In this document: positions 42,883 to 55,800 of the stretch, piece after piece
How the letters are laid out: each line of letters starts with the position of its first letter
How positions within the stretch are numbered: the first letter of the stretch is position 1
Assembly (NCBI RefSeq): GCF_001194135.2
Contig: NC_068983.1
Location: forward strand, 157,420,720 to 157,484,719
Source: Octopus bimaculoides
Lineage: Eukaryota
DNA: 64,000 nucleotides
Reading direction: 5' to 3'
Program-made: the position numbers and the translations under genes
Notes under the pieces: model-generated
What the model was told of the DNA's origin: nothing
Seen by the model: only the letters and a program-made list of their open reading frames with translations
The model's database searches: none

Positions 42883-44420
42883 ATGTCTGGAAAGATGCCA
42901 ATTGGAACTGAAGGTAGATATGTGAACAGGAACCCAAAATAGATTACACTAAATATTAAACATACTGTTTTAAAAAACTTAATACAGGAGATGAAAATAA
43001 ACCCCACAGCCAAAACATTTAAGCATACAACATCCACTGTGGGAACAATACGTAACAACAGAGAGAAAATTAAGTCAACTGCTTAAGAGGCTATTTCATT
43101 AACTGCTCAGATTTTACTATTTCATTAACTGCTCAGATTTTACTATTTCATAGATCTGATGTGATATTTAAAAATGGAAAGGCTGTTGAGTGTATGGATC
43201 GAATATGGACTTAATATAATATGATGATGATAAGCATGATAATATTTCTGATAAAAGCTAAAAGTTTGTGTGATGATTTGCAGAAAAAGGAAAGTAAAAC
43301 ATCTAATGAAAAACCTTTTCTGGCTTATAAAGACTGGTCCAAAAGGTTTATGAAGTGCTTGTATTGGTATAACATAAAAGTAACTGGTGGAACTGTCAGT
43401 GCTGATACATGTTATCTTGAGCAGCTGAGGAAAATGTTTGCTAAAGGAGGTTACACATTAGAGCCAGTATAGAATGTTGATGAAACTGCACCTTCCTGTA
43501 AGTCTTCTAAAATTTTTATTTCTCAAAGAAAATCAGCACTGGAATTTAAAACTTCCAAAATCTTCTGGAACTTCTGGCAAGAAATAGTACTGGTGATATT
43601 AAATTAAACCCCTTGCTTGTGTATCATTCCAAAAGTCCAAGGTTCTTCAAGGGTTAAGCAAAATTTAATCTAATTCTGATTTAACAGTCAAATAAAAAGG
43701 CATGAATGATTAAAACTTTTTTGAAGAGTGTTTACAATAATTTTTGTCTTTTCTGTAGAAAGGTACGGTGTAAGACATATTTCCAACAAGAGCATTACTC
43801 ATTTTAAGCAATGCATCAAGTAATTTAGTGAACTTAAATGAGCTTTCTTGAAATACAAAAGTAAAATATATTCCCATGAACCTTAGAGTCGAAAAAAACT
43901 TTTGCCAATGGATTGAGGTACAATAGCTAACTTCAAGACATTTTATCTGAGAACTTTCAAACAACTTATGAAAGCAACTAGCAGGGGAAATGAATAAACT
44001 TTCAGTTAGGGAAGAAGTTCAACATAATGGAGGCTGTAGTTAACATAGCTGAGTCATCGGATGAAGTGAAATTCTCAACTCCGAATGGTGATTGGAACAA
44101 AATATATGGCCAAACTGTATCTGTGACTCGACAAGTTTTCCATGAGCAGAAATCTGCATCAAATATGGAACATTTACAAATTGTGTAGTATTTGAAGAAT
44201 TTACAGAGGATAATGTGTTTGAGATGCAAATGTTCTATATAGAAAGTTTTCTAACAAGAAGCTGATGCTGTTAGAATAAGAGCAAACTGAGAATACAGAG
44301 GAAGGGTCTGCAAATTTTTACTGATAACGATTGTGACAACCTTAGCATAAAAATTACAAAAGGAGTTTACAATATTAATCTATACAAAGAGTTGATGCAC
44401 CATAAACATCAAACAACTTT
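42883..44420 (+). mobile_element. Decayed Tigger/pogo (CENP-B-like) transposase
   Basis: ITLNIK..STVGTIRNNREKIK HTH, KMERLLSVWIE, KAKSLCDDL, WSKRF, NVDET (43473-43487), NSTGDIKLNPLLVYHSKSPR; many stops; TIRs not found. Confidence 0.8.
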
Positions 44421-46019
44421 GGATAAGTTCTTCGCCTCTTGAGAAGTTGTTGCTGATGAACTTTAATGATAGAAGATTGTGTTCCTTATCTTCCCAGTAA
44501 CTCTCATTCCAACCCCTCACATGATAGTCAACCTTTTTTGTGGTAAGAATGTACACTTTTATGATATGATTCTTATTTATTCCTAGATGTATTTCTTATA
44601 TGTTTTTATGTATGAATATTGCACTGTGTATGTTTAAAAATTGTTATTTCCATGCATAAAAGTTGTTGTGTTGCTTGTTTATTTTTATTTGTTTTAGTTC
44701 TTTTCTTGTCAAAAAAAAAATTCCTTTGGAATGCATCTCACTATAACAAGAACAACTAATGGAAAATAATTTTGCACAACAGAATTTCACATTACGGCAA
44801 GATTTTCAGGAACAGATTACTTCTGTAATATGCAGGATTACTGTATTTGCTAACCTTAAAAAGCATAAAGCAAATCTTCAGATTCCTGAGAAAACAAGTA
44901 GCATTCAAAAGCAACTATCTAGCATCACTGAGTTAACTGCAGAATAAGTTTCTATAATGTGCTGCATGACTGTATGGTTAAGAAGTTTACCTCCCAACTA
45001 CGTGGTTTCAAGATCTGTCCCACTGTTTGGTATCTTGTGCAAATGCCTTCTATTACTGTTCTGGGCCAACCAAAGCCTAATGAGTAGATTTGGTTAATGG
45101 AAGCTAAAAGAAGCCATTCATAAATATGTGTGTGCATGTGCCTTCTTCTAACATCATATGGTAGTAAATAAGTGTCTCCATAATACAAATGATGTCATTT
45201 ATTTCCAATCTTCTAGGGGAAATATTGCCATGCTTGGAAACTAGTATGAGCTGGCAAGAGGAAGGGCATCTAGCCATAGAAAATCTACCTCAATGACTTC
45301 CTTCTAAGACCTGCAAGTATGGAAAAGACAATATTAAATGATGATGATGATGATGACAATGACGATTTATTAAGTTTAGTTCATTTTAAGAGACTGCAAA
45401 ATTCCTGAAGTGTGCCAATAATGTAACTAGATAATCTGGATTTGGAAATGCTGCAATAGATTGATTTAGGTAACTTTGAGAATAGACTGTCTTTATAACA
45501 TTATAGAAACTCAGGTTATTCAAAAATGCCTTTTAATTAAAACAGTACTATTTTGAGATGCAACTGATTGATTTACAAAGCAGCTCAAACTGGATGCAAA
45601 AATTCCTCTATACTCGAGAGCTGAATAAGCAAACATTGAAAGCCATCTCTCTTGGTGACAGGAATAGCATGGGAAATAGAGATTTGAAACTCTAGAATCC
45701 CATTCCTGTAACTTTGTGTCTGTTTCAAAAACCTCGCAGTGGCAATATTAACAAGTATTTTCACTAACATACACATGTGTATTTTTGTTTTCAGTGACAA
45801 ACTTTGTCAAGTCTAAATATAGTCTTAGTGCTGCAAGCTCTCAAAACAATCAAATACAAATGTAATATAAAGTATCTGTTACCAGTTGCATAGCAGCAAA
45901 GGTCTCACAGAAAATGTTCATTTTCCCATTCTTTGCTAGTATTTAAAAAAAAAAATAATATGCAGTAAAGGAGTAGGTAGTAACTCTATAAGATGTACCC
46001 GGTGCAAGCTATGGACACA

Positions 46020-47062
46020 TAGCTTGCAGCAATATCAAAGCAGGTTAACTAGCAAGTTAGTTTTTGTTTGTGGCAGATGTTCAGGTGCAATAAAGACTGT
46101 AAACAAACAGGAAACAACTTCTATCTCATTCCAGGGAGAAAAACTAGAGGTAGTCGATAGCTTCCGCTATCTGGGCGACCAAGTTAGTAGNNNNNNNNNN
46201 NNNNNNNNNNNNNNNNNNNNNNNNNNNNNNNNNNNNNNNNNNNNNNNNNNNNNNNNNNNNNNNNNNNNNNNNNNNNNNNNNNNNNNNNNNNNNNNNNNNN
46301 NNNNNNNNNNNNNNNNNNNNNNNNNNNNNNNNNNNNNNNNNNNNNNNNNNNNNNNNNNNNNNNNNNNNNNNNNNNNNNNNNNNNNNNNNNNNNNNNNNNN
46401 NNNNNNNNNNNNNNNNNNNNNNNNNNNNNNNNNNNNNNNNNNNNNNNNNNNNNNNNNNNNNNNNNNNNNNNNNNNNNNNNNNNNNNNNNNNNNNNNNNNN
46501 NNNNNNNNNNNNNNNNNNNNNNNNNNNNNNNNNNNNNNNNNNNNNNNNNNNNNNNNNNNNNNNNNNNNNNNNNNNNNNNNNNNNNNNNNNNNNNNNNNNN
46601 NNNNNNNNNNNNNNNNNNNNNNNNNNNNNNNNNNNNNNNNNNNNNNNNNNNNNNNNNNNNNNNNNNNNNNNNNNNNNNNNNNNNNNNNNNNNNNNNNNNN
46701 NNNNNNNNNNNNNNNNNNNNNNNNNNNNNNNNNNNNNNNNNNNNNNNNNNNNNNNNNNNNNNNNNNNNNNNNNNNNNNNNNNNNNNNNNNNNNNNNNNNN
46801 NNNNNNNNNNNNNNNNNNNNNNNNNNNNNGTGCGGGTGGCACATAAAAGACACCATTTCGAGCGTGGCCGTTTGCGTGCGGGTGACACGTAAAAGCACCC
46901 ACTACACTCTCTGAGTGGTTGGCGTTAGGAAGGGCATCCAGCTGTAGAAACTCTGCCAAATTAGATTGGAGCCTGGTGTAGCCATCCGGTTGCACCAGTC
47001 CTCAGTCAAATCGTCCAACCCATGCTAGCATGGAAAGCGGACGTTAAACGATGATGATGATC
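46020..47062 (+). mobile_element. Young RTE LINE 3' end spanning an N gap
   Basis: Open frame LVFVCGRCSGAIK...KLEVVDSFRYLGDQVS up to the gap (46191-46829); well-preserved 3' UTR and (GAT)n tail after it. Confidence 0.85.
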
Positions 47063-47714
47063 CCTTGCTTCTTATTATTAAAGTGCATTATAATTTGTAA
47101 ATAATATTCTTTTTCCGTTGTCTTGTTTAAAAACATTGATATTATTTTCTGTCTTGCTTATTAAAGTACATTTCTATTTATAAGTTATTCTTCAAGAGTC
47201 TTTTTAATGCCATTGACACTAATAATTGCTTAAACATACTTCCTAAAATATTTACATTCCTTTTAATGTCTCAGTGGTATTTTTGTTAAACAATAAACAT
47301 CAAAACTTTTTCCTGGAAAAAAGGCTTGTTTTTGTTATTTATTCATTTATTTTACTTTTTGTGAATTACTTAATAAAACATACCATTCCTAAAGCTGTCC
47401 CATTCAAATAATTCACAATTTAATACTTGTCTAAACAGGCTTCTTTAAGAATGATTTCCAGAATTTTGTTCTATTTTGCCATAAAAATAAATAGATAAGA
47501 GTCTGGGTCAGACTCTTATCTATTCACCCTAACGAATGAGGCTCTGGATTTTACCAACGTTTATTTGCTTCCATTACTGGCTGCAAATTTTTGATGAACT
47601 ACCTCTACCAATATTATGAAATAACTCTGAGCCCTCAGAAATAGCTGTCAGACTTATAATACTTTCTCCCCTCTAATTCTTTTGAGTCTATGTAAACTGA
47701 ATAAGTTTGCCTAT

Positions 47715-47749
<35 letters not shown>

Positions 47750-48154
47750 TTGATTGTTAATGATCGGAAAATCTTGAGTCTGCCTTCNNNNNNNNNNNNN
47801 NNNNNNNNNNNNNNNNNNNNNNNNNNNNNNNNNNNNNNNNNNNNNNNNNNNNNNNNNNNNNNNNNNNNNNNNNNNNNNNNNNNNNNNNNNNNNNNNNNNN
47901 NNNNNNNNNNNNNNNNNNNNNNNNNNNNNNNNNNNNNNNNNNNNNNNNNNNNNNNNNNNNNNNNNNNNNNNNNNNNNNNNNNNNNNNNNNNNNNNNNNNN
48001 NNNNNNNNNNNNNNNNNNNNNNNNNNNNNNNNNNNNNNNNNNNNNNNNNNNNNNNNNNNNNNNNNNNNNNNNNNNNNNNNNNNNNNNNNNNNNNNNNNNN
48101 NNNNNNNNNNNNNNNNNNNNNNNNNNNNNNNNNNNNNNNNNNNNNNNNNNNNNN

Positions 48155-48186
<32 letters not shown>

Positions 48187-51100
48187 ATGAGTGAGTATGT
48201 GTGCACGCATACACATTTTTGCTTTTGTATTTGTCCCTTCTCTACTTGACAACTTGGTTTGCTTACTTTCCTATAACAGCAATAAGATACCGATAGAATA
48301 AGTGCTAGAGTCAATTTGCTTGACTAAATAATTAAAAGCAATGTTCCCACATAGCCTTTGCCCAATGACTGAAACAAAAAAAGGAGAATAGAATAATTGC
48401 ATGAATATGTAATGAAGAAGTTTTCTTTGCAAGTACATGGTTTTAGGTTTGGTCCTCATGTGCAGCACAGTGAGAAAATGTCTTCTAGCATAGCATCAAA
48501 TCAATGAAAGCCTTGCGAGTGAAATTTGGCAAGCAGAAAATACAGAGATGTCTATCAGAGGGACTTTCCTGCTTTTGAGTAATACACTTAATGTATTGTT
48601 GAGTTTAACATACACTTCTGGTTCACAGGTATATTTAACGGAGTCAACACTGTTACACATATTGGATCAAGTCTCCTTCAGAGGATAGCTTTGTAGCAAC
48701 TGCTGTTTACGCTTCTTGATAATCACACAAGTGAAACCTGTTGGTCAACTTAATTTGCTGTAAAGTCAGCTGGAGATACCATCACATAGTGTCAAGATGT
48801 CCCTCACTAAATGCTTTGTAACATGTATCTTGAATAAATCAGTGGCCGACTGGACTTAGAATAGGAACGACATTGTGAACATACTCTCTTTGATGCTGAA
48901 TGGATTATCACAACTCACACTATGGTCAGAACAAACTTATTTTTTGGTCAATGTACATACTAATAAGGTGGTGAGCTGGCAGAAGTATTAGCAGGTTGGG
49001 CAAAATGCTCACAATGGGACTGAGTCCAAAACCTGGTTGGGAAGCAAACTTCTTACAGAATTAAATTGTTAGAAGAAATATTTTTTTGCTCTTTTTTCAT
49101 TTAGCTATATAATATACATTGTCTGATGCAGGTATTTAGGCTTGACTAAATACACAGGCTCTTTTTACATTATCATCATGTAGTCAGTGAAACTCCTATT
49201 TCTTGTCTCACATCAACCTCCAATCCTCAACCATCCAAAACATTTTATTGCTTCGTCAGAAATTATGTTGTAGAGCTAACATTAATAACAAAGTCTTTGT
49301 TTTGGCTTCCTGCCTTTCTCATATCAGTACCAGGGACCCTGTAAAGCATCTTTAGTGTCACTCTTCTTCCTCTGACTCAGCATAAAAAAATTCTTTGCCC
49401 AGCAACTTGCCAAGGAAGAAACTTTCAGATGCCTTCAAACAGTTTATATACATTGTTAGTAAATTTGCTTACATATATTCTTAAGGATTTCGTATAGGAC
49501 ATTCTCATGTAAGTAAATAGACTGACCAGAAGACCAGTAAAAGTTACAAAATTACCAGTGGCTCTTGCAGTTCAGTAAAAGGCTACAACCATTGCATTCA
49601 CCTAATCTCAATAGTCTAATAGTTCATATACAAAGAAAATTTTCAAGTTTATATTCTTCTCATTACATGTTACTAATATCTCACCAAGTTTAACCAGTAT
49701 TCCTTCTCAGTTGCAAGTTTTACATTAAAATTAAAAAAATGTTGCTTCTCCAAAGATTATTTATTAGGTGATTGTGACCTTGTATGTTAGTTTTTCTTTT
49801 TTTTTTCCCTATCAAACCTTCATATTCATGGTGCTTGCACATTTTATGGTTGAAAGTATGTTATTTCATTTTTTGTGTGCAAATTGTTGTCTTTCTGTTA
49901 TGACAAAAGCTAACACTTTTTTATTGCTGTCACTGTAACCTATAAAACCTTCCTACAATTGCTGTCACTGCAACCTATAAAACCTACATACACAATAGTG
50001 ATAAAGAAAAGATACATTCTGTTAACTGTTTGACAGATCTCATTGATCTGTGATACTCAAACTCAGAAAACTGGCTTTTTATCATGCAGGTATAATGATT
50101 TGATGTATAAATGTGCCAATTCAGCAATTTAACCTGTTGAGGTGGAATGGGATGACTTTACCAATGTTGCAGATTCACTGGTATCTTGTTATTAGTTACT
50201 GTTTCAGCTGTGTGTTAACCCATAATGAACAGATGTGAATATAATTTAATATATTTATTGTAAGATTTATTGAACATATTTATATAAATTTCTGATTATT
50301 GCTGGTAGATTAGAATCAAGCTTCAGTGTAACAAATATACATAGTAATGAATAATAAAGTTGGAGAAGCAGCAAAGCATTGATCTGAGATTATGAAGAAT
50401 TCCTTTCATTTCTAGCTCGATTCAGGAATGGAAAACTTGACATTGTTTGGTAATAGAGAAGGAGATGTGTTCTCTGAAGCTCTCTCAGATCAGTGAAAGG
50501 CTACAACCATTGCATTCACCTGATCTCAAAGATTTCAATATTCCAACAGTTCATATAAAAAAAAAAAATTTTCAAGTTTATATTCTTCTCATTACATGTT
50601 ACTATTATCTCATTGGTAGACGGAAACTGAAAGAAGACTGTTGTATATATGTATATATGTGCATATATGTTTGTATGTCTGTGTTTGTCCCCTCCCCCCA
50701 CAACATTGCTTGACAACCGATGCTGGTGTGCTTATATCTTCGTAATTTAGCAGTTCGGCAAAAGAGACCGATAGAATAAGTACTAGGCTTATAAAGAATA
50801 AGTCCTGGGGTCGATTTGCTCAACTAAAGGTGGTGCTCCAGCATGGCCACAGTCAAAAGACTGAAACAAGTAAAAGAGTAAGTTTAGCTAGTATTCCTTT
50901 CTGCTGTTGTCCTTGGTAGGCTTTTGCCTTAATAGTAAGAAAAGGCACAGGAGAAAGTCATGGAATATTTGATTAAGTTTATGCCATGGCATATTACTAC
51001 TGCAAGCTGATTGGCTGATAATTAGGACAGATCACATGACATGAGTGTGATCTATGCATAGTACCTGGCAGACTGAAAAATACGAGTTTCAATTCTAGGT

Positions 51101-52358
51101 CTCACCACAAACCTTTCACTCATTAACTTATGAATGGCTATGACTGGGTAGACTTACACTGAAAGGAATTCCAATCATAAACATTCCATCTTAATTTCAG
51201 ACATAGTGTATCTATGTCTACATGATATATATCTTTCCTTTAAGATTCAAGGGAGATTTTGTTGAGTGTGTAACCACATAGAGGTTCTTTTATTGACTTG
51301 TGTGATAGCAAGTACACTATTACTGTATAAAGTGTGATGTAATTAAACCTTGAGCAACTCAAGCATTATAGTATGAATTGAACAGAGCTGTCATTGTAAG
51401 GCAGTATTACAGAAAGACAGCTAGCTTTCATTTCAAGAGATGAGAAATGAATGTAATATCAATAGAAAGTCAAAAGAACAACTTAGACATGATTGAAAAC
51501 TTTGCTATCAAATACATTATTGCTATTACAATAAGTTAGCAAGTTTAATGGCATGGATGCCTCAATTATCATGGGTTTGAATTTAGAACTGAAAATAAAT
51601 GGATTTTGATGACAAAAATAGACATGAATAAAGAACATCCAAAAATTAAAAATAGGATTATTTATATACTTCATGTATCAGGTGCAGCTGTGTGGTAACA
51701 AGTTTGCTTCCCAATCACATGGTTCCAGGTTCAGTCCCATGGCATGGCACCTTGAACAAGTGTCTTCTACTATAACTCTGGGCTGACCAAAGCCTTGTGA
51801 GTGGATTTGGTAGAGAGAAATTGAACATATATATATATATAAGTTATTATATGTTTGTTTGTGCCTGTCCCCCACTGCTGCTTGACATCTGGCATTTGTT
51901 TATGCTACATAAAATTTACCCATGCTGGTACCATGTAAAAATTACCTGTGCTTGGGCCATGTACAATGCACATGGCACACTTTGTAAAGTGGTTGGCATT
52001 AGGAAGGGCATCCAGCCATAGTAACTATTCCAGATCAGACTGGAACCTAGTGCAGCTCTCCAGCTTTCGTCAAACTATTCAACCCATACCAGCATAGAAA
52101 ACAGACATTAAATGAGGATGATGAAGTAAGAATGTATAATAAAGTCTATAATAAATGACTGATCTGGATAATTAAGTATCTCAATGAGATATTTTCTTGT
52201 TCACATTAATACTGCCTGCATCAATCTTAATCTTCTTGTTCTAATTTTGTCCACTAATAGATACTAATTGTTGAAGACACTGAAAGTAACTTTCCTTCGA
52301 CCAAGGCAGCACTTGAAATAAAGTAATAACAATCTAATATGGAACAAAATAGAGCAAG

Positions 52359-52364
52359 TTTATT
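52359..52364 (-). promoter_or_regulatory. Possible ADA polyadenylation signal
   Basis: AATAAA on the - strand ~370 nt after the stop; an ATTAAA at 52668-52673 is an alternative. Confidence 0.35.
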
Positions 52365-52729
52365 TTTAAATATTTGATTTATTCTCAATAGATGAAAGTA
52401 TAAAAAGTTAGCAAAATTTTGGTGTAAGCTTTCATAACAACAAAGAATATTAGCATAGCAGATAATCTGCATACATTGAGGACATAATCACCACACTGGT
52501 TTCAATGGAAGGAAAGATTTTGTCAATTCATAATCTTTGTTAGACAATTTCTTTCATAATTTTCTTTCTGCTTTTTAAAAAAAATTTTTTTTTTTTTTTA
52601 AACAATTACTGAGAGTTCACCAGGATTAATATAATCACTTAAAATTTTAGTGTTTATAACATTCAGTTTTAATTATAAATATTATTTAGTCAATTTGCTG
52701 CTTGTGATACAGTTGAAGCAATATTTCAA

Positions 52730-52822
52730 TTAATAGTCTCCCGGATAGATTTTTTTAAGATGATTCAAAAGATCTTTCTGTTCAGCTTTTGGCAAAAAAC
52801 TGGATCTTGCAGCATTAAAAAT
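52730..52822 (-). CDS. ADA: ADA last coding exon
   Basis: IFNAARSSFLPKAEQKDLLNHLKKIYPGDY, stop TAA at 52732-52730. Confidence 0.95.
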   Translation of the reverse strand: MFNAARSSFLPKAEQKDLLNHLKKIYPGDY

Positions 52823-55800
52823 CTAGAAAATAAAAAAATGGAGGTACTGTATTAATCAAACAGAACAAATCTGAATAGAATAACTTTGAAATGAAAAACT
52901 AATAATTCTGTTATTGATTGTGTCATCATCATCACCATCGTTTAACGTCTGTTTTCGATGCTGGCATGGGCTGGATGGTTTGACTGAGGTATGGAGAGCC
53001 AGTGGTTGCACCAGGCTCCAATCTGATCTAGCAATGTTTCTACAGCTGGATGCCCTTCTTAATGCCAACCACTCCGAGAGTGTAGAGAGTGCTTTTTACA
53101 TACCACCAGCACAGGAGCCAGTCATGCAGGCCTGGCATCAATCACGTTCAGATAGTGCTTTTTATGTGCCACCAGCACAGGAGCCAGTCAGGGGGTACTG
53201 GCATCAGCCATGTTTAGATGGTGCTTTTTATGTGCCACCGGCATGGGAACCAGTCAGGGGACACTGGCATCGACCACGTTCAGATGATGAATTTTACATG
53301 CCACCAGAACGGGAGCTTGTCAGGGGGCACTGGCCACAGCTACAATTTTGGTTTTACTTGACTCAACAGGTCTTCTCAAGCATATCATATCGCTTGATGC
53401 ATCAAGGGTACTCTTAAGTGAGCCGGACATGCAATACTAGCATCGGCCATGGCTGCAATCTCTCTTTAGTTGCTGGGTCTTCTCAATCACAGCATATCTC
53501 CAAAGGTCTTGGTCTCCTGTCATTGCCTCTCTGAGGCCCAACATTCAAAGGTCATGCTTCACTTCATCCCATGTCTTCCTGGGTCTACCTCTTCCACAGG
53601 TTCCTTCCACAGTTAGGGTGTGGCACTTCCTCACACAACTGTCCTCATCCGTACATAACACATGACCATACCAGCTCAGTCATCTCTCTTGCACACCACA
53701 TCTGATGCTTCTCATATCCAACTTTTCTCTCAGGGCGCTCATGCACTGTTGTATATGCATACTGACATTACATATCCAGTGGATCATACTAGCTTCATTT
53801 CTGTCAAGCCTACACATTTCTTCAGCAGTCGAGACCCGTGTTTCACTGCTGTGTAGCATGTCAGTTTGCACACATGCATCATACAGTCTACCTTTCACCC
53901 TGTGTGAGAGGCCCTTAGTTGCCAGCAGAGGTAGAGAAAAAAATTGTTGATAAAAACTAGAATAATAAACGCTCTATCCAAGCAATTAAAATTTTGTTGT
54001 TTTAATAGATTAGCATTTAAATGAGTGTTATGGTCATACAAGTAGTGTCATTTGTTTTCAATTTTATGTGAAAACATTTCCAGTTACAGGGAAATATTAC
54101 CTTACTTGGAGACAAGTGAAGATTGGTGGTGGGAAGATTGCCTCAATAAATTCCATCTGACCCATAGAAGCTTGGAAAAGTTGACATTAAGACAATGATG
54201 ATGAAATATTCTATCACCATAAAATGGTTAATTTGAACAAATTGTCAAAGCATGAATAGAACAGAAAAAAAAAAGATTGCTATATTAAAAAAAAAGAAGT
54301 AATATTGCAAACTACAGAAATTATCATAATCAGTCATTTGAAAATAATCTACCCGTAATATTTATTATTCTTCTCAAGTACTTAACAGTATATATAATAA
54401 GTATTGGAAAATATAAATAAAAGCAAATGAAGACTAAGCATACTTACAGTCTTTATAATCTGATCTTTGCTAAAACCAGCTTTTTGTGCCATGGCATAAT
54501 CATTTTGAAGACTGGTAGCAAAGACAGTAGGATCATCAGTGTTCAAAGAGAAATTAGCATCATCTTTTAAAAACCTTTAAAAAAGATAATTTAATTTTGA
54601 GAATTCAACAAGAGATATTGTTACTGAATACATTATGTTGGTTAAAAATAGGATAAAAAGAAAAGAAAGTTATAGCAACCAAAAGAGAAATTGTACATCA
54701 GTTTGAAAAACAAAATAAAAAGAAAAAAAGAGAAAACAGCTTACGTAGTGACTGGATGATTTTGTATTTCTCCTGTGAATGCCTTTGTCCTGAAGCTTGA
54801 AACTAGGCAAGTCTCTAAGTGAATGTTGTCATTTCTTATTTGTTTGTAGAGATGATCATCCTCAATAACATGGTAACCATGACCGACACGATCAGCAAAC
54901 ATATCATCTACAGCCTAGAGGAAGAAAATGAAGTTTTAAAACTGATTAACCTTCATTTCAAATATAGGAAAGCAATTCAACACCCATATAGAAATATTAC
55001 TGGATAAAGACCTCTTGATTTAGTCCTTTACAACATAAATGTTACTAAATAATTTTTGTTATTTTTTAGGTAATAATTCTTCCCTATTTAAGCTTAAAGT
55101 CAGCAATTTTGAGGGAAGGGGGGAAAATTGGTTACATCAACCTCCAGTAACTGACTGGTACCTTTTTTTATCAGCCCTAAAAGGATGAGAGACAAAGTTG
55201 AACTCAGAATGTAAAGAGCCCAAAGAAATGCCACTAACAAATCTGTCAGCTTGTTACCTTACTTTTCAGGCAATAAGGTCTATTCTACAGCAGCAATATA
55301 AAATTGTACTATATAGTTATTAACTTTGGTTTGTTGCAGTTGTGGTAGACAAGCAGTTTAGAGACAAATTCCAGAGTCAATGCAAGTTTAAGCTTGGTTG
55401 CTTCTGATGTATTTTGGTGTCCTATTATATCATGCACATTTTAAATCTGAGGTGCATGCCTCAAGAATAGCTCCACAAAATCAATGCTTTCTTTGTCCAA
55501 GTTGCGTCATTACTTTTCTAATTATGAATGTAACAATAGCTTTTATTTGTTTAAAACAAGAAAAAAAAAACGAAAAAATTTCTGAGCCTAACATTTGCTT
55601 CTTTCCCAAATATTAAAAGAGAAAGCTGAAGATGAAGCATTTGGCAAAACAAATTGGCAAACTAGTTTAAAATGATCATTTTCACTTCCTTATTCAAATT
55701 ATATTATAAAACATATATAGAGCATAATCAATTTAAAAATCAAAAGCATTTACTTTTTCAATGAATTTGTTATCTTGTGTTTAAGTACCACAAAAATAAA

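Noticed and set aside
34018-48314. Long ORFs in the track (34018-34816, 36886-37324, 41727-42494, 46024-46995, 47635-48314)
   Set aside because: Their length comes from N runs; the real parts are repeat fragments
48560-48960. Possible LINE RT remnant on the - strand
   Set aside because: Only vague motif resemblance (ILSP); too decayed to call without a profile search
52254-52472. Additional ADA 3' exon
   Set aside because: ADA already terminates at 52730 with a normal C-terminus; no similarity in any frame
53089-53340. CRISPR-like array
   Set aside because: Whole 66-bp units are homologous, with no unique spacers; eukaryotic LINE UTR context
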